Assembly: GCA_965223415.1 (NCBI GenBank)
Contig: OZ245002.1
Location: forward strand, 3,424,001 to 3,488,000
Length of the DNA: 64,000 bases
Source of the DNA: Myxococcota bacterium
Lineage (GTDB): Bacteria; Myxococcota_A; UBA9160; UBA6930
Reading direction: 5' to 3'
Positions within the stretch are counted from its first letter, which is position 1, and each line of letters starts with the position of its first letter. The notes under the pieces are model-generated. The model saw only the letters and a list, made by a program, of their open reading frames with translations, did not search any database and was not told the DNA's origin. Positions 48,688 to 59,030 of the stretch are shown here, one piece after another. The position numbers and the translations under genes were made by a program.

Positions 48688-49434
48688 ATGGGTCTCCGCG
48701 GTCTCGAAAGCGCGACGGTTCTCGTCACGGGAGCGGCCAGCGGCATCGGCCGGGCGGTCGCCCGACGGCTGGCGGAAGAGGGTGCACGGGTCGGCATCTT
48801 CGACCGGGACGCGCCGGGGGCGAGGGCGGTCGCGGAGGAGATCGGCGGACGGGCCTGGGAGGTGGACGTTTCCCGGGGCGAGGCAGTGGACCGGGGCGTC
48901 GCGGCCTGCGAGGCGGAGCTCGGACCGATCGCCGGGCTCGTGAACAACGCCGGCTGGGACAAGGCGGCGCCCTTCCTCGATACCGACGAGGCGCTCTGGC
49001 GGCAGGTGATCGACGTCAATCTCTACGGGCCCCTGCACGTCAGCCACGCCGTGCTGCGCCGCATGACCTCGCGCGGACGCGGGCGCGTGGTGAGCATCGC
49101 CTCGGACGCCGGCCGCGTGGGCTCGAGCGGCGAGGCGGTGTATGCGGCCTGCAAGGCCGGCGTCGTCGCCCTCTCCAAGTCGGTGGCCCGGGAGCTGGCG
49201 CGCCAGGGCATCACCCTGAACGTCGTCTCGCCGGGCCCGACGGATACGAAGCTCTTCGCCGACTTCGACGAGACCGGCAAGCTCGCGGGCGCCCTCGAGC
49301 GCGCCATCCCCATGCGGCGGCTGGGCCAGCCCGAGGACTATCCCGGCCTGGTCGCCTTCCTCCTGTCCGACGACGCGGCCTTCATCACGGGCCAGACCAT
49401 CAGCGTCTCGGGCGGGCTCACCATGCACGGCTGA
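48688..49434 (+). CDS. badH: 2-hydroxycyclohexanecarboxyl-CoA dehydrogenase-like SDR
   Basis: NNAGWD, SDAGRVGSSGEAVYAACK, PGPTDT, SVSGGLTMHG; adjacent to badI homologue. Confidence 0.8.
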   Translation: MGLRGLESATVLVTGAASGIGRAVARRLAEEGARVGIFDRDAPGARAVAEEIGGRAWEVDVSRGEAVDRGVAACEAELGPIAGLVNNAGWDKAAPFLDTDEALWRQVIDVNLYGPLHVSHAVLRRMTSRGRGRVVSIASDAGRVGSSGEAVYAACKAGVVALSKSVARELARQGITLNVVSPGPTDTKLFADFDETGKLAGALERAIPMRRLGQPEDYPGLVAFLLSDDAAFITGQTISVSGGLTMHG

Positions 49435-49448
49435 GGGCGGACGAGGTC

Positions 49449-50237
49449 ATGGACTACGAAGACCTGCTGTACGAGGTGCGCGACCACGTCGCCACGATCA
49501 CGTTGAATCGTCCCGAGGTGCTGAACGCGTTTCGCGCGCGCACTTGCGTCGAGCTGGTCGACGCCTTCCAGCGGGCCGGCTACGACCGGGAGGTGGGCGC
49601 CATCGTGCTCACCGGCGCCGGCGAGCGCGCCTTCTGCACCGGTGGCGACCAGTCGAGTCACGACGAGAGCGGCGGCTACGGCGGCGGGCGCGGCGTGATC
49701 GGCATGCCCATTGACGAGGTGCACTCGGTGATTCGCGACGTGCCCAAGCCGGTGGTCGCGAAGGTGCGCGGCTATGCCATCGGCGGCGGCAACGTGCTGG
49801 CCACGATCTGCGATCTCACGCTGGCGGCCGAGAGCGCGGTGTTCGGCCAGGTCGGCCCCAAGATGGGCTCGGTCGACCCGGGTTTCGGCACCGCTTACCT
49901 GGCGCGGGTGGTCGGCGAGAAGAAGGCCCGGGAGATGTGGTTCCTCTGCAAGCGCTATTCGGCGGAGGAGGCGCGGGAGATGGGCCTCGTCAACGAGGTC
50001 GTGCCCGACGGGGAGCTGGACGCGACGGTCGCCTCCTGGTGCAAGGAGCTGGTGGAGCGGAGCCCCACGGCCGTCGCCCTGGCCAAACGCTCCTTCAACG
50101 CGGACACCGAGTCGATCCGCGGCATCGGCTCGCTGGGGATGCAGGGCCTCGCCCTCTACTACGGCACCGAGGAGTCGAAGGAGGGCGGCGAAGCCCTGCG
50201 GGCCAAGCGCACGCCCGAGTTCCGGAAGTACACGTGA
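49449..50237 (+). CDS. badI: 2-ketocyclohexanecarboxyl-CoA hydrolase (MenB-like crotonase)
   Basis: AFCTGGDQS, IRDVPKPV, GGGNVLATICDLT, GPKMGSVDPG, LYYGTEES. Confidence 0.88.
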   Translation: MDYEDLLYEVRDHVATITLNRPEVLNAFRARTCVELVDAFQRAGYDREVGAIVLTGAGERAFCTGGDQSSHDESGGYGGGRGVIGMPIDEVHSVIRDVPKPVVAKVRGYAIGGGNVLATICDLTLAAESAVFGQVGPKMGSVDPGFGTAYLARVVGEKKAREMWFLCKRYSAEEAREMGLVNEVVPDGELDATVASWCKELVERSPTAVALAKRSFNADTESIRGIGSLGMQGLALYYGTEESKEGGEALRAKRTPEFRKYT

Positions 50238-50710
50238 GTTGGCTGCCGACCGAGGCGAACGGGAGCACTCCCTTCGAGCGGGTCTTCGCGCTGCGTCCCA
50301 ACCTGTTCGAGGCGTGGGCGGAGTTCGCGAGCCTCTTCTGGGAGCGGCGGCTGGTCGATCCCGTGCTCCTCGAGCTGTGCCGTCTGCGGATCGCCCAGCT
50401 GAACGGCGCGGCCTGGAACCAGTCGACACGGATGGAGGAGGCCCGCGCCGCCGGGCTCGACGAGCAGAAGATCGCCGCCCTGGCCGATTGGCCGAGGAGT
50501 CCGCTCTTCTCGCCCCTCGAGTGCGCTTGCCTCGGCTTCGCCGAGCAGTTCGTGCTCGACCCGAACGGCATCAACGATGCGGACGCGGCGCCGGTCACCG
50601 CCGCGCTGGGCGACGCCGGCACCGTCGCCTTCGTGGAGGCCCTGGCCGTCTTCGACGGGTTCTCCCGCTTCTCGCGTCTGCTGGGCATCGCGCCCGCGGA
50701 GGATGCATGA
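50234..50710 (+). CDS. AhpD/carboxymuconolactone decarboxylase-like protein lacking CxxC
   Basis: LLELCRLRIAQLNG, FSPLE.ACL.FAEQFV.DP; GTGA coupling. Confidence 0.8.
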   Translation: MSWLPTEANGSTPFERVFALRPNLFEAWAEFASLFWERRLVDPVLLELCRLRIAQLNGAAWNQSTRMEEARAAGLDEQKIAALADWPRSPLFSPLECACLGFAEQFVLDPNGINDADAAPVTAALGDAGTVAFVEALAVFDGFSRFSRLLGIAPAEDA

Positions 50711-51240
50711 GCGAGCTCCGTGTCGCGCTTCCCGAGGCCCGCGGCGACGACCCGATCAGTGGCAGCGTGCTGGCGCACCAGCCCGAGGCTCTGGCGGCGT
50801 TCAACCGGCTGTACGGCATCCTCTGGAGCCGCGGCGAAGTGGATCAGTTCACCAAGGAGCTGGCGCGCATCCGCAACGCGCGGCTGGTGAACTGCACGAT
50901 CTGCAAGGCGATCCGCTTCTCCGGCGCGCGGGCCGAGGGGCTCGGCGAGGATGTGGTGGACCTGATCCACGACGGCTACGCCGAGGGCCCGCTGGCGCCG
51001 CGCCACAAGGTGGTGCTGCGCCTCACCGACGCCTTCCTGGCCGGCGGCGACGCCGCCCTCCCCGAGGAGCTCCGGACCGAGCTGCTCCGGCACTACACGC
51101 CCTCCCAGATCGTCGAGCTGGGGGCGGCGATCGCGCTCTTCATGGGCTTCTCGAAGATCGCGGTCGCCCTGGGCGGGTTGCCGGATCGGATTCCGGTCCA
51201 CGAGCAGCCGACGCCGGAGCCGCCCGCGGAAGAGACTTGA
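50707..51240 (+). CDS. AhpD/CMD-like protein with CxxC
   Basis: KELARIRNARLVNCTIC, QIVELG; ATGA coupling. Confidence 0.85.
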   Translation: MSELRVALPEARGDDPISGSVLAHQPEALAAFNRLYGILWSRGEVDQFTKELARIRNARLVNCTICKAIRFSGARAEGLGEDVVDLIHDGYAEGPLAPRHKVVLRLTDAFLAGGDAALPEELRTELLRHYTPSQIVELGAAIALFMGFSKIAVALGGLPDRIPVHEQPTPEPPAEET

Positions 51241-51264
51241 CCCGACTGGCCGGCCGGCTCAATA

Positions 51265-51282
51265 TTCAACCCAGTGGTTGAA
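51265..51282. promoter_or_regulatory. Putative ArsR autoregulatory operator TTCAACC-N4-GGTTGAA
   Basis: Perfect 7-bp inverted repeat overlapping the ArsR start codon; TTGACC at 51237. Confidence 0.65.
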
Positions 51283-51603
51283 CGACTGGATCGCACCTTC
51301 GCCGCACTGGCCGACCCGACCCGCCGGGCAATCCTCGGGCGCCTGCGGCGCGGCCCCGCCACCGTCGGCCAGGTCGCGGCCCCCTTCGACATTTCCCTGA
51401 ACGCGGTCTCGAAGCACGTGCGGGTGCTCGAAGAGGCGGGGCTCGTGGTGCGCCGCGTCGAGGGTCGCGAGCACCGGCTGCGGCTGCGCGCCCAGCCCCT
51501 GCGCTCCGTCGCCCGGTACGCCGAGGGCTACGCGGAGTGCTGGGAGAAGCGCCTCGACGCCCTGGAAGAGCATCTCCGCTCCACCGGAAGGGGCCGGCGA
51601 TGA
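51274..51603 (+). CDS. ArsR/SmtB family transcriptional regulator
   Basis: FAALADPTRRAIL, AVSKHVRVLEEAGLV. Confidence 0.93.
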   Translation: MVERLDRTFAALADPTRRAILGRLRRGPATVGQVAAPFDISLNAVSKHVRVLEEAGLVVRRVEGREHRLRLRAQPLRSVARYAEGYAECWEKRLDALEEHLRSTGRGRR

Positions 51604-52028
51604 GCCGGCGGATCGTCCAGGAGCGCCTCCTCGAAGCGCCGCCCGAAGAGGTCTTCGCGGCCTGGAGCGCCCCGGACGCGCTCTCGCGCTTCATGTGCCC
51701 CGGGGAGGACATGCGGCCCGCGACGGTCGACGTCGACTTCCGCGTCGGCGGCCGCTTCCGCATCGTCATGCACGGCTCCGAGCGGGACTACGGGCAGAGC
51801 GGCGAGTACCTGGAGAACGAGCGTCCGAAGCGCCTGGTCTTCTCCTGGGTGTCGGACTTCGTCCCCGAGGCCGAATCCAGGACCCGTGTCACCCTCACCC
51901 TCGAGCCCGCCGGCGCCGGGCGGACGCGGCTGCGGCTCGAGCACGACGAGCTTCCGGAGACGGACACCTACGCCGGTCACGAGGCCGGTTGGGCCCGCAT
52001 CCTCGAACTCATGGGCAAGGAGACCTGA
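51600..52028 (+). CDS. SRPBCC/AHSA1 (START-like) domain protein
   Basis: APPEEVFAAW, DFRVGGRF, RLVFSW, HEAGW. Confidence 0.9.
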   Translation: MSRRIVQERLLEAPPEEVFAAWSAPDALSRFMCPGEDMRPATVDVDFRVGGRFRIVMHGSERDYGQSGEYLENERPKRLVFSWVSDFVPEAESRTRVTLTLEPAGAGRTRLRLEHDELPETDTYAGHEAGWARILELMGKET

Positions 52029-52029
52029 C

Positions 52030-52692
52030 ATGACCGCCGGACGCCATCCCGCCGAAACCCCCGCCTACGCGAAGCTGCGCGACGAGCTGCAGGAGGCCGA
52101 GATCGCCTTGCGCGACCAGCGCGAGCGCGTGGCCGAGCTGCGGCGCCGCCTGCCCCTGGATACGGCCGCCGCCGACGTGACCCTCGAGGAGATCCGCGAC
52201 GGGCAGCGCGTGCCTGTCAAGCTCTCCGAGCTCTTCACGGACGCGGACAAGCCGCTCGTCCTGATGCACTTCATGTTCGGCGGTAGCCAGGCTTCGCCCT
52301 GTCCCATGTGCACGATGTGGGCGGACGGGTACGACGGCGCCATTCCCCACATCGCGCAGCGCGCCAACTTCGCGGTGCTCGTCGCAGGCGACGTGGGCGC
52401 CTTCTCCGACTACGCCCGCAGCCGCGGCTGGCGGCACCTGCGTCTCGTGTCCGCCGCGGGCTCCGGGCTCAAGGCCGAGCTGGGCTTCGAGACCGAGGAG
52501 GGCGCCCAGCTCCCGGGCGTCTCGGTCTATCGCCGCGGCCAGGACGGCGCTCTCACCCACGTCTACTCCCAGTGCGCCTTCCTGGGCGAGGCCGGGTTCC
52601 GCGGCATGGACCTCTTCTCGCCGGTCTGGCACTACTTCGACCTGCTGCCGGAGGGGCGCGGCGACTTCATGCCCGGCAAGTCCTACGCTTGA
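52030..52692 (+). CDS. DUF899 family thioredoxin-like protein
   Basis: VAELRRRLP, LSELF, HFMFG, CPMCTMWADG, DLLPEGR. Confidence 0.88.
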   Translation: MTAGRHPAETPAYAKLRDELQEAEIALRDQRERVAELRRRLPLDTAAADVTLEEIRDGQRVPVKLSELFTDADKPLVLMHFMFGGSQASPCPMCTMWADGYDGAIPHIAQRANFAVLVAGDVGAFSDYARSRGWRHLRLVSAAGSGLKAELGFETEEGAQLPGVSVYRRGQDGALTHVYSQCAFLGEAGFRGMDLFSPVWHYFDLLPEGRGDFMPGKSYA

Positions 52693-52859
52693 GCAGGTGC
52701 GTCGCTCTCGTCGCCGCCGACCGCTTCGCTCCCGCCATCCGGCCCCACGCGCCGGAGGCCGAGGTGCGGGTGCTGGACGGCGCCAGCCACCTCGGGCTGG
52801 TCGGCGAGGCCCGCCTGGCGGAGGACCTGGTGGCCTGGATCGCCGCGTCGGCGCCTTGA
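52689..52859 (+). pseudogene. C-terminal remnant of an alpha/beta-hydrolase-like gene
   Basis: PEAEVRVLDGASH...LVAWI stop resembles the catalytic-His end of the fold; no N-terminal part. Confidence 0.45.
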
Positions 52860-52876
52860 TCCCCGGGTCGGGCGTC

Positions 52877-53620
52877 CTACTCCGGCCGCAGGTAGCGGTG
52901 GACGAAGGCGTCCGTCGGCGTTTCCATCTCGAAGAAGGGCTTCTCCCGGGTGTCGTCCGGCTGGCGAAGGAAGTCCGCTTCCGCGTCGAAGCGGAAGCCC
53001 GCCGCCTCGAGCTCTCCCCGCAGGAGCGCGGCGTCGATGCGGTGGACCGTCTCGCCCGCCTCGGGGCCGGCGCCGGGCTTCGCGTGGTGATCGATGACGA
53101 CCAGCGCGCCGCCCGGGCGGAGCGCGGCCAGCAGCCGGGCGTTCATGGCCGCCCGGTCGACGTCGCCGTAGAGCGTGTCGTGGTAGATGAAGACCATGGT
53201 GATGAGATCGAGCCCCGTGGCCTCCGGCGGCAGCGGGTCCACGAACTGCCGGTCGACGCGGACCGCCCCCTTCATGGCGGGACGCTCGAAGAGCGCGGGC
53301 CAGGCTTCCTTCACGTACTTCTCGATCACGTAGGGCGTGTTGTGGGCGAAGACCGTGCCGGATTCGCCGACGGCGCGGGCCAGGAGCTCGGCGGTGTAGC
53401 CACTGCCGGCTCCCAGGTCCGCGACCTTCATGCCGGGCGCGACGCCCGTGAAGACGAGCAGCTCCGCCGGCTTTCGCCGCCCGTCCCGCTCGCGGTCCGC
53501 GTCCGTGCGGTCCGCGGCGCCGACCAGGGCGGCGGCCTCGGCGGGGGTGAGGGCGGAGGCGGCCGGAGCCGCCAGGAGGAGGAGGGAGGGGAGGGCGATC
53601 GCGCGGAGGAAGAAGTGCAT
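52877..53620 (-). CDS. Exported class I SAM-dependent methyltransferase-like protein
   Basis: Signal peptide; RD.RRKPAELL.F, DLGAGSGY, YHD, LRPGG, HRID. Confidence 0.9.
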   Translation of the reverse strand: MHFFLRAIALPSLLLLAAPAASALTPAEAAALVGAADRTDADRERDGRRKPAELLVFTGVAPGMKVADLGAGSGYTAELLARAVGESGTVFAHNTPYVIEKYVKEAWPALFERPAMKGAVRVDRQFVDPLPPEATGLDLITMVFIYHDTLYGDVDRAAMNARLLAALRPGGALVVIDHHAKPGAGPEAGETVHRIDAALLRGELEAAGFRFDAEADFLRQPDDTREKPFFEMETPTDAFVHRYLRPE

Positions 53621-53642
53621 CGCCCGATGGTAGGGCCTTCGG

Positions 53643-54405
53643 ATGCGCGCCACCGCGGCGCTCGTCGCCGGGCTGCTCCTGCTGCTCGCGGCCCCGCCCG
53701 GCGGCGCTCAGGTCGCCGACCCGGTCCCGGACGTTCCCCAGGGCCCCCGAGGTGTCGCCGCCCGGCACGTGGTTACCGCTGCCCGACAGCGGGAGCCTGG
53801 CGAAGCCGCGGGCCCGGCCGATGACCCTCGTCGGCGACGGCGCGGGGCGGCGCTTCGTCGTCGACCACAACGGGCTCCTCTACCAGCTCCACGCGGATGA
53901 CTCACTGTCGGTCTTCCTCGACCTGGCCGCCGCCACCAGTCTCGTGGCGAACCAGTGCCAGAAGGGCCTCGCCTCCGCCGCCTTCCACCCGGACGACCAC
54001 GTTTCCGGAGCGGCCGGCTTCGGCAAGCTCTACACGGCCAGCAGCCAGCCGGCGAGCGTGACGCCGGACTTCCCGGTGCCGGCGGGCGGGCCCACCTCCC
54101 ACCACTCGGTGGTCCACGAGTGGGACGTGGACCCGACGGATCCGAACGCCGGCGGCGTCTCCGCCGGCGCCGCCCCGGACCCGAACGGCGCCGACCCCCA
54201 GTGCCCGGCTGCCTGGGGCGACCGGGAGGCGTCGCTCGGCGGCGGGGGGTGTGGGCTCGGACCGGAGCTCGTCGGGCTGCTGCCGTTGCTCTTGGCGTGG
54301 CGCAGGCGGCGGGGGTCGCGACGGCCCGTTCAGTCGGCCGGCTCCGGGAAGAGCCCGACGATCAGCGGGTCGTGGTCGGAGGCGCGGAAGGGATCCGGCA
54401 CGTAG
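53643..54405 (+). pseudogene. Frameshifted, internally deleted secreted glucose/sorbosone dehydrogenase-like gene with C-terminal anchor
   Basis: Signal peptide in the 53643 frame; RRFVVDHNG, VFLDL, GLASAAFHPD, GKLYT, HSVVHEW in another frame; then jumps to a CGLGPEL-TM-RRRR tail. Confidence 0.65.
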
Positions 54406-56182
54406 AGCCCGGGCGGGCGATCCTCGCGGTAGTCGAGCAGTCGCAGCTCATCGCTGTTCGTGTGCCACACGGCCGCTCCGCCGATACGGGGCAGCAGTGC
54501 GGGATGGGCCAGCGCGTGGTCGAGCCTTCCCGCCCCGCCGTCGAACACGAAGCTGTAGGCCTCCGGATCTCCCTGCCATTCGAAGAGGTCGACGTAGCCC
54601 GCGGAGGCGAGGGCCGTCAGCGGGTCCTCCCGGGGATGGCATTCAGGTCGCCGACGATCAACACCGGTGCACCGCCGGAGTGGGTCGGGTCCGTGGCAAG
54701 CCACTCGGCGAGTGCGGCGGCGCCCCGGAGCCGCGTTCCGTTGCAGCGCCCCTGTCCATCGCCCGTATCCGGATCGCCGGCCGCATCGCAGGAGGAGCCC
54801 TTCGACTTGAAGTGGTTCACGACGAGGGTGAGATGCTCACCGCTCGCCAGGTGGCGGAAGGTCTGGGCGAGGCTCGGCCGGTTGCGGGTCGAATCGAAGT
54901 CCTCGTGGGCCAGGGCATCGAGCACCGCCGGGACGCCGACCGGCTCCAGGAGGTCGGGTCGATAGAGGAGGCCGACGGAGATGGCGTGGGAGCCGAGGGC
55001 TCCCGGTCCCGGGTCGACGATCGCGAAGGGCGCCGCCGGCACGTGGCGCGCGAGGGCATCGGCCAGCTCGCGGGCGGCGCTTCCGGGCCCGACGCCGTTG
55101 TTCTCGAGCTCCGCCAGGGCGATCAGGTGGGCATCCGCGGCCGCCAGGGTCGCCACCAGCTTGGCGCGCTGGCGCTCGAGCTCGAGGGGGCTGCGGGCAC
55201 CGCGGGTCGGGAAGCCGCCTCCGCGGCCGTCGCCGTTGAAGTGGTTGCCGACGTTCCAGGCGAGCACGCGGAGCGCGCCGGCGACGTCCGGCGGCCCGGT
55301 GGGACGAAGCGCCGTGCTCTCGAAGCGAACGGGGCGGGTGGGCTGGATCCGGTAGCGGCCGAAGGCGAAGTCCAGCACGCCTTCGACGGGTCCACCCAGA
55401 TCGCCCAGGCGCAGGGGCAGGCCGTGCATCGTCTCGAGGTAGGGCGGAGGCGTCGGGTCCCGGAGCCGGCTGCCATCGTCGAGCAGGATGCGGCGCCGGG
55501 CATGATCGGCATGCCGCGCCCGGGCTTCCCGACCCGGCCAGGCGACCTGGGTCGGCGCGGGCAGGCGGCCTCCCGCGGCGAGAACGACCTCGCCGAAGCG
55601 CCCCGCAGCGAAGTGGTCGGTCAGTGTCAGGCCGCTGTCCAAGCGCACGGCCATGCCCTCCCATCGCTCCCACTCCGCCTCGGAAGGAACCGGCAGCTCC
55701 ACGCCGGCGGGGGTCGCTCGCCCGCCGGGTTCGCAGCGGATCACGCTCTCGATCCCTCCGAGCTCCGTCAGTCCGAAGAACTCCCGGACCCGGCCGCTCA
55801 CCCGCACCGTGTCGCCGGTACGGACGTCGACGGCAGCGCTGCCGTCGAAGACGAAGAGCCCCTCCGAGGTGCCCGGATCCGCGTCGGCGTGGGCGTCCTC
55901 CTCCTGGAGGAAGAAGCCGCCGAGACCCTCCGGGTAGCCCTGGAAATCGCCCACCACGACACCCTCCACCACGACGCCGGCCCGACCAGCGAGTGGACTC
56001 GAGAGGCCGGCTCCCTGGATCTCGTGGACCCGCGTTGCCGGAGCGCCGCAGACGTCCGGCGGATGCACGACGGAGCAGCGCGCTCCGAGGCCGAGGACGG
56101 CGGCGAGGACGAGGGCCCCGGCGTGGGCGGGAGAGCGGGCGGGGAAGGAGCGGGACGCGAGACGTCGCGCCGGCATGGTCAC
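54330..56182 (-). pseudogene. ExeM/NucH extracellular endonuclease split by a frameshift near 54638
   Basis: IQG, GFFLQ, SEGLFV, EGM, NVGNHFNG, NHFKSKGS, GDLNA then frame change to EDP, LDHAL, ASDHDP. Confidence 0.85.
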
Positions 56183-56412
56183 CTCTGACAGACCGGAGTC
56201 TGCTCTTCGGGACCGCTGCGCGATCGGATCTCGCGGGGGTGAGCGAGGCGCGGCGCCTCCACTCCACTTCTAGCAGGTGGACGGACCCGGAGCGAGTGCC
56301 TGCCCGACCGTCGCCGGCAGCGGCTCCTGTTCCCGCTCCCGCGAGGGCCCCCGTGAGCGAGGCGGAGGAGCGCCTCGGCTCCAGCTCAGGAAGGCGGTGC
56401 CCCGCCCGGGCC

Positions 56413-57858
<1,446 letters not shown>

Positions 57859-57905
57859 GGGGGCGACTCCTTGGGTGCGGGCGCGCGGGCCCGAAGAAGG
57901 CTGGG

Positions 57906-57934
57906 ATTGTATTCATCCGTTTATGCGGATGCAA
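57906..57934 (-). promoter_or_regulatory. Sigma70 promoter of ahcY (TTGCAT-N17-TACAAT) with overlapping palindromic operator CATCCG-N6-CGGATG
   Basis: -35 at 57934-57929, -10 at 57911-57906, inverted repeat at 57914-57931. Confidence 0.75.
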
Positions 57935-57986
57935 TGGTGCATTTCTTGAGACTCGGATCCCCTGGGGGATCAGCTAGCTTCCGAGC

Positions 57987-58568
57987 ATGCGAACGGCCCT
58001 GCTCGCCCTGCTCGTCCTGCTGGCCGCCGGGGCGGTGGCGGCTCCGGACTCCCCTCTCGGCGTGACGGTTCGCCGGATCGACGGAAAAGAGGAGGCGCTC
58101 TCCCGTCACGCGGGCAAGGTCCTCCTGATCGTGAACGTGGCGAGCCAGTGCGGCTTCACCCCCCAGTACGAGGGGCTGGAGGCGCTCCACGAGCGCTACC
58201 GGGAGCGCGGGCTCGTGGTCCTGGGCTTCCCCTCCAACGACTTCGCCGGTCGGGAGCCCGGCAGCGACGCGGAGATCGCCGATTTCTGCCGCGCGAACTG
58301 GGGCGTGACCTTTCCGATGTACGCCAAGCTGCACGTCGCCGGCCCGGACCAGCATCCGCTCTACGCCTACCTGACCGGCCTTCCCGTGCCCCTCGGAGGC
58401 CCCGTCGAGTGGAACTTCCAGAAGTACCTGGTCGGCCGGGACGGCCGGGTCGCCGACCGCATCGCGCCCGCCATCGAGCCGCTCGCGGACGAGCTGGTCG
58501 GGAAGATCGAGATCCTGCTGGACGAGCCGGTGCCTACGGATAGCGGAGGCCGCAGAGCTCCTCGCTGA
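57987..58568 (+). CDS. Glutathione peroxidase family protein (exported)
   Basis: Signal peptide; NVASQCGFTPQY, LGFPSNDF, WNFQKYL. Confidence 0.95.
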   Translation: MRTALLALLVLLAAGAVAAPDSPLGVTVRRIDGKEEALSRHAGKVLLIVNVASQCGFTPQYEGLEALHERYRERGLVVLGFPSNDFAGREPGSDAEIADFCRANWGVTFPMYAKLHVAGPDQHPLYAYLTGLPVPLGGPVEWNFQKYLVGRDGRVADRIAPAIEPLADELVGKIEILLDEPVPTDSGGRRAPR

Positions 58569-58615
58569 TCTCCCACAATCGCCGGGCCGTCTCGGGGTGG
58601 GTCGCGTGGGACGCC
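58534..58615 (-). pseudogene. 3' remnant of a retinol-dehydrogenase-like SDR gene
   Basis: ETARRLWEISEELCG stop is the typical C-terminus of that SDR subgroup; upstream part missing. Confidence 0.5.
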
Positions 58616-58965
58616 CGCACTTCCCGATCAACCTGGCGGACCTGCTCTTGCGCCACGGCAGCGCGAACCACAAGCGGGAGACGATCGCGTTCTCGAAGCG
58701 GAGGCAGGGGGCGCTGTACCGGGCGGCGATCTGGGTGGTGTGGCGGAACTACGTGAAGTGGAGCGCCGAGGGCAAGCGCAGCGATCCCCCGGCGGTGCAG
58801 CTCGGGATCGTCCCGACACGGCTCTCGGTGAACGAGATCCTCTCGCGTCGCCTCTTCCCGTGGCGCCAGGAGCTCGCGCCCTGGCTCACGGCCTGCTACC
58901 GCGGCCGAATCCGCACGCGATGCCTCGCGAGGCAGAGGACGCACCGACTTCGCTACGCGGACTGA
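58615..58965 (+). pseudogene. Probable transposase C-terminal remnant
   Basis: FPINLADLLLRHGSANHKRETIAFSKR...WRNYVK...PAVQLG resembles IS1/IS6-like DDE C-termini; no credible start. Confidence 0.5.
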
Positions 58966-59030
58966 GCGACCGATCCCCGTGAACGAGGGGGCACCTCCCC
59001 CCCCCCCAGACCCAATCTTCGATCCACAAC

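Noticed and set aside
49449..50237. menB (naphthoate synthase)
   Set aside because: Sequence details (GGGNVLATICDLT, GSVDPG) and the adjacent badH homologue fit BadI; no men genes nearby
54617..54704. Programmed ribosomal frameshift in the ExeM gene
   Set aside because: No slippery heptamer at the break; a simple one-base deletion or sequencing error is more parsimonious
57859..57905. SAH or SAM riboswitch before ahcY
   Set aside because: The predicted leader is only about 40 nt and lacks recognisable aptamer motifs; a protein operator explains the region better
58997..59007. Phase-variable poly-C tract
   Set aside because: It lies in a non-coding scar between convergent 3' ends, not in a CDS or promoter
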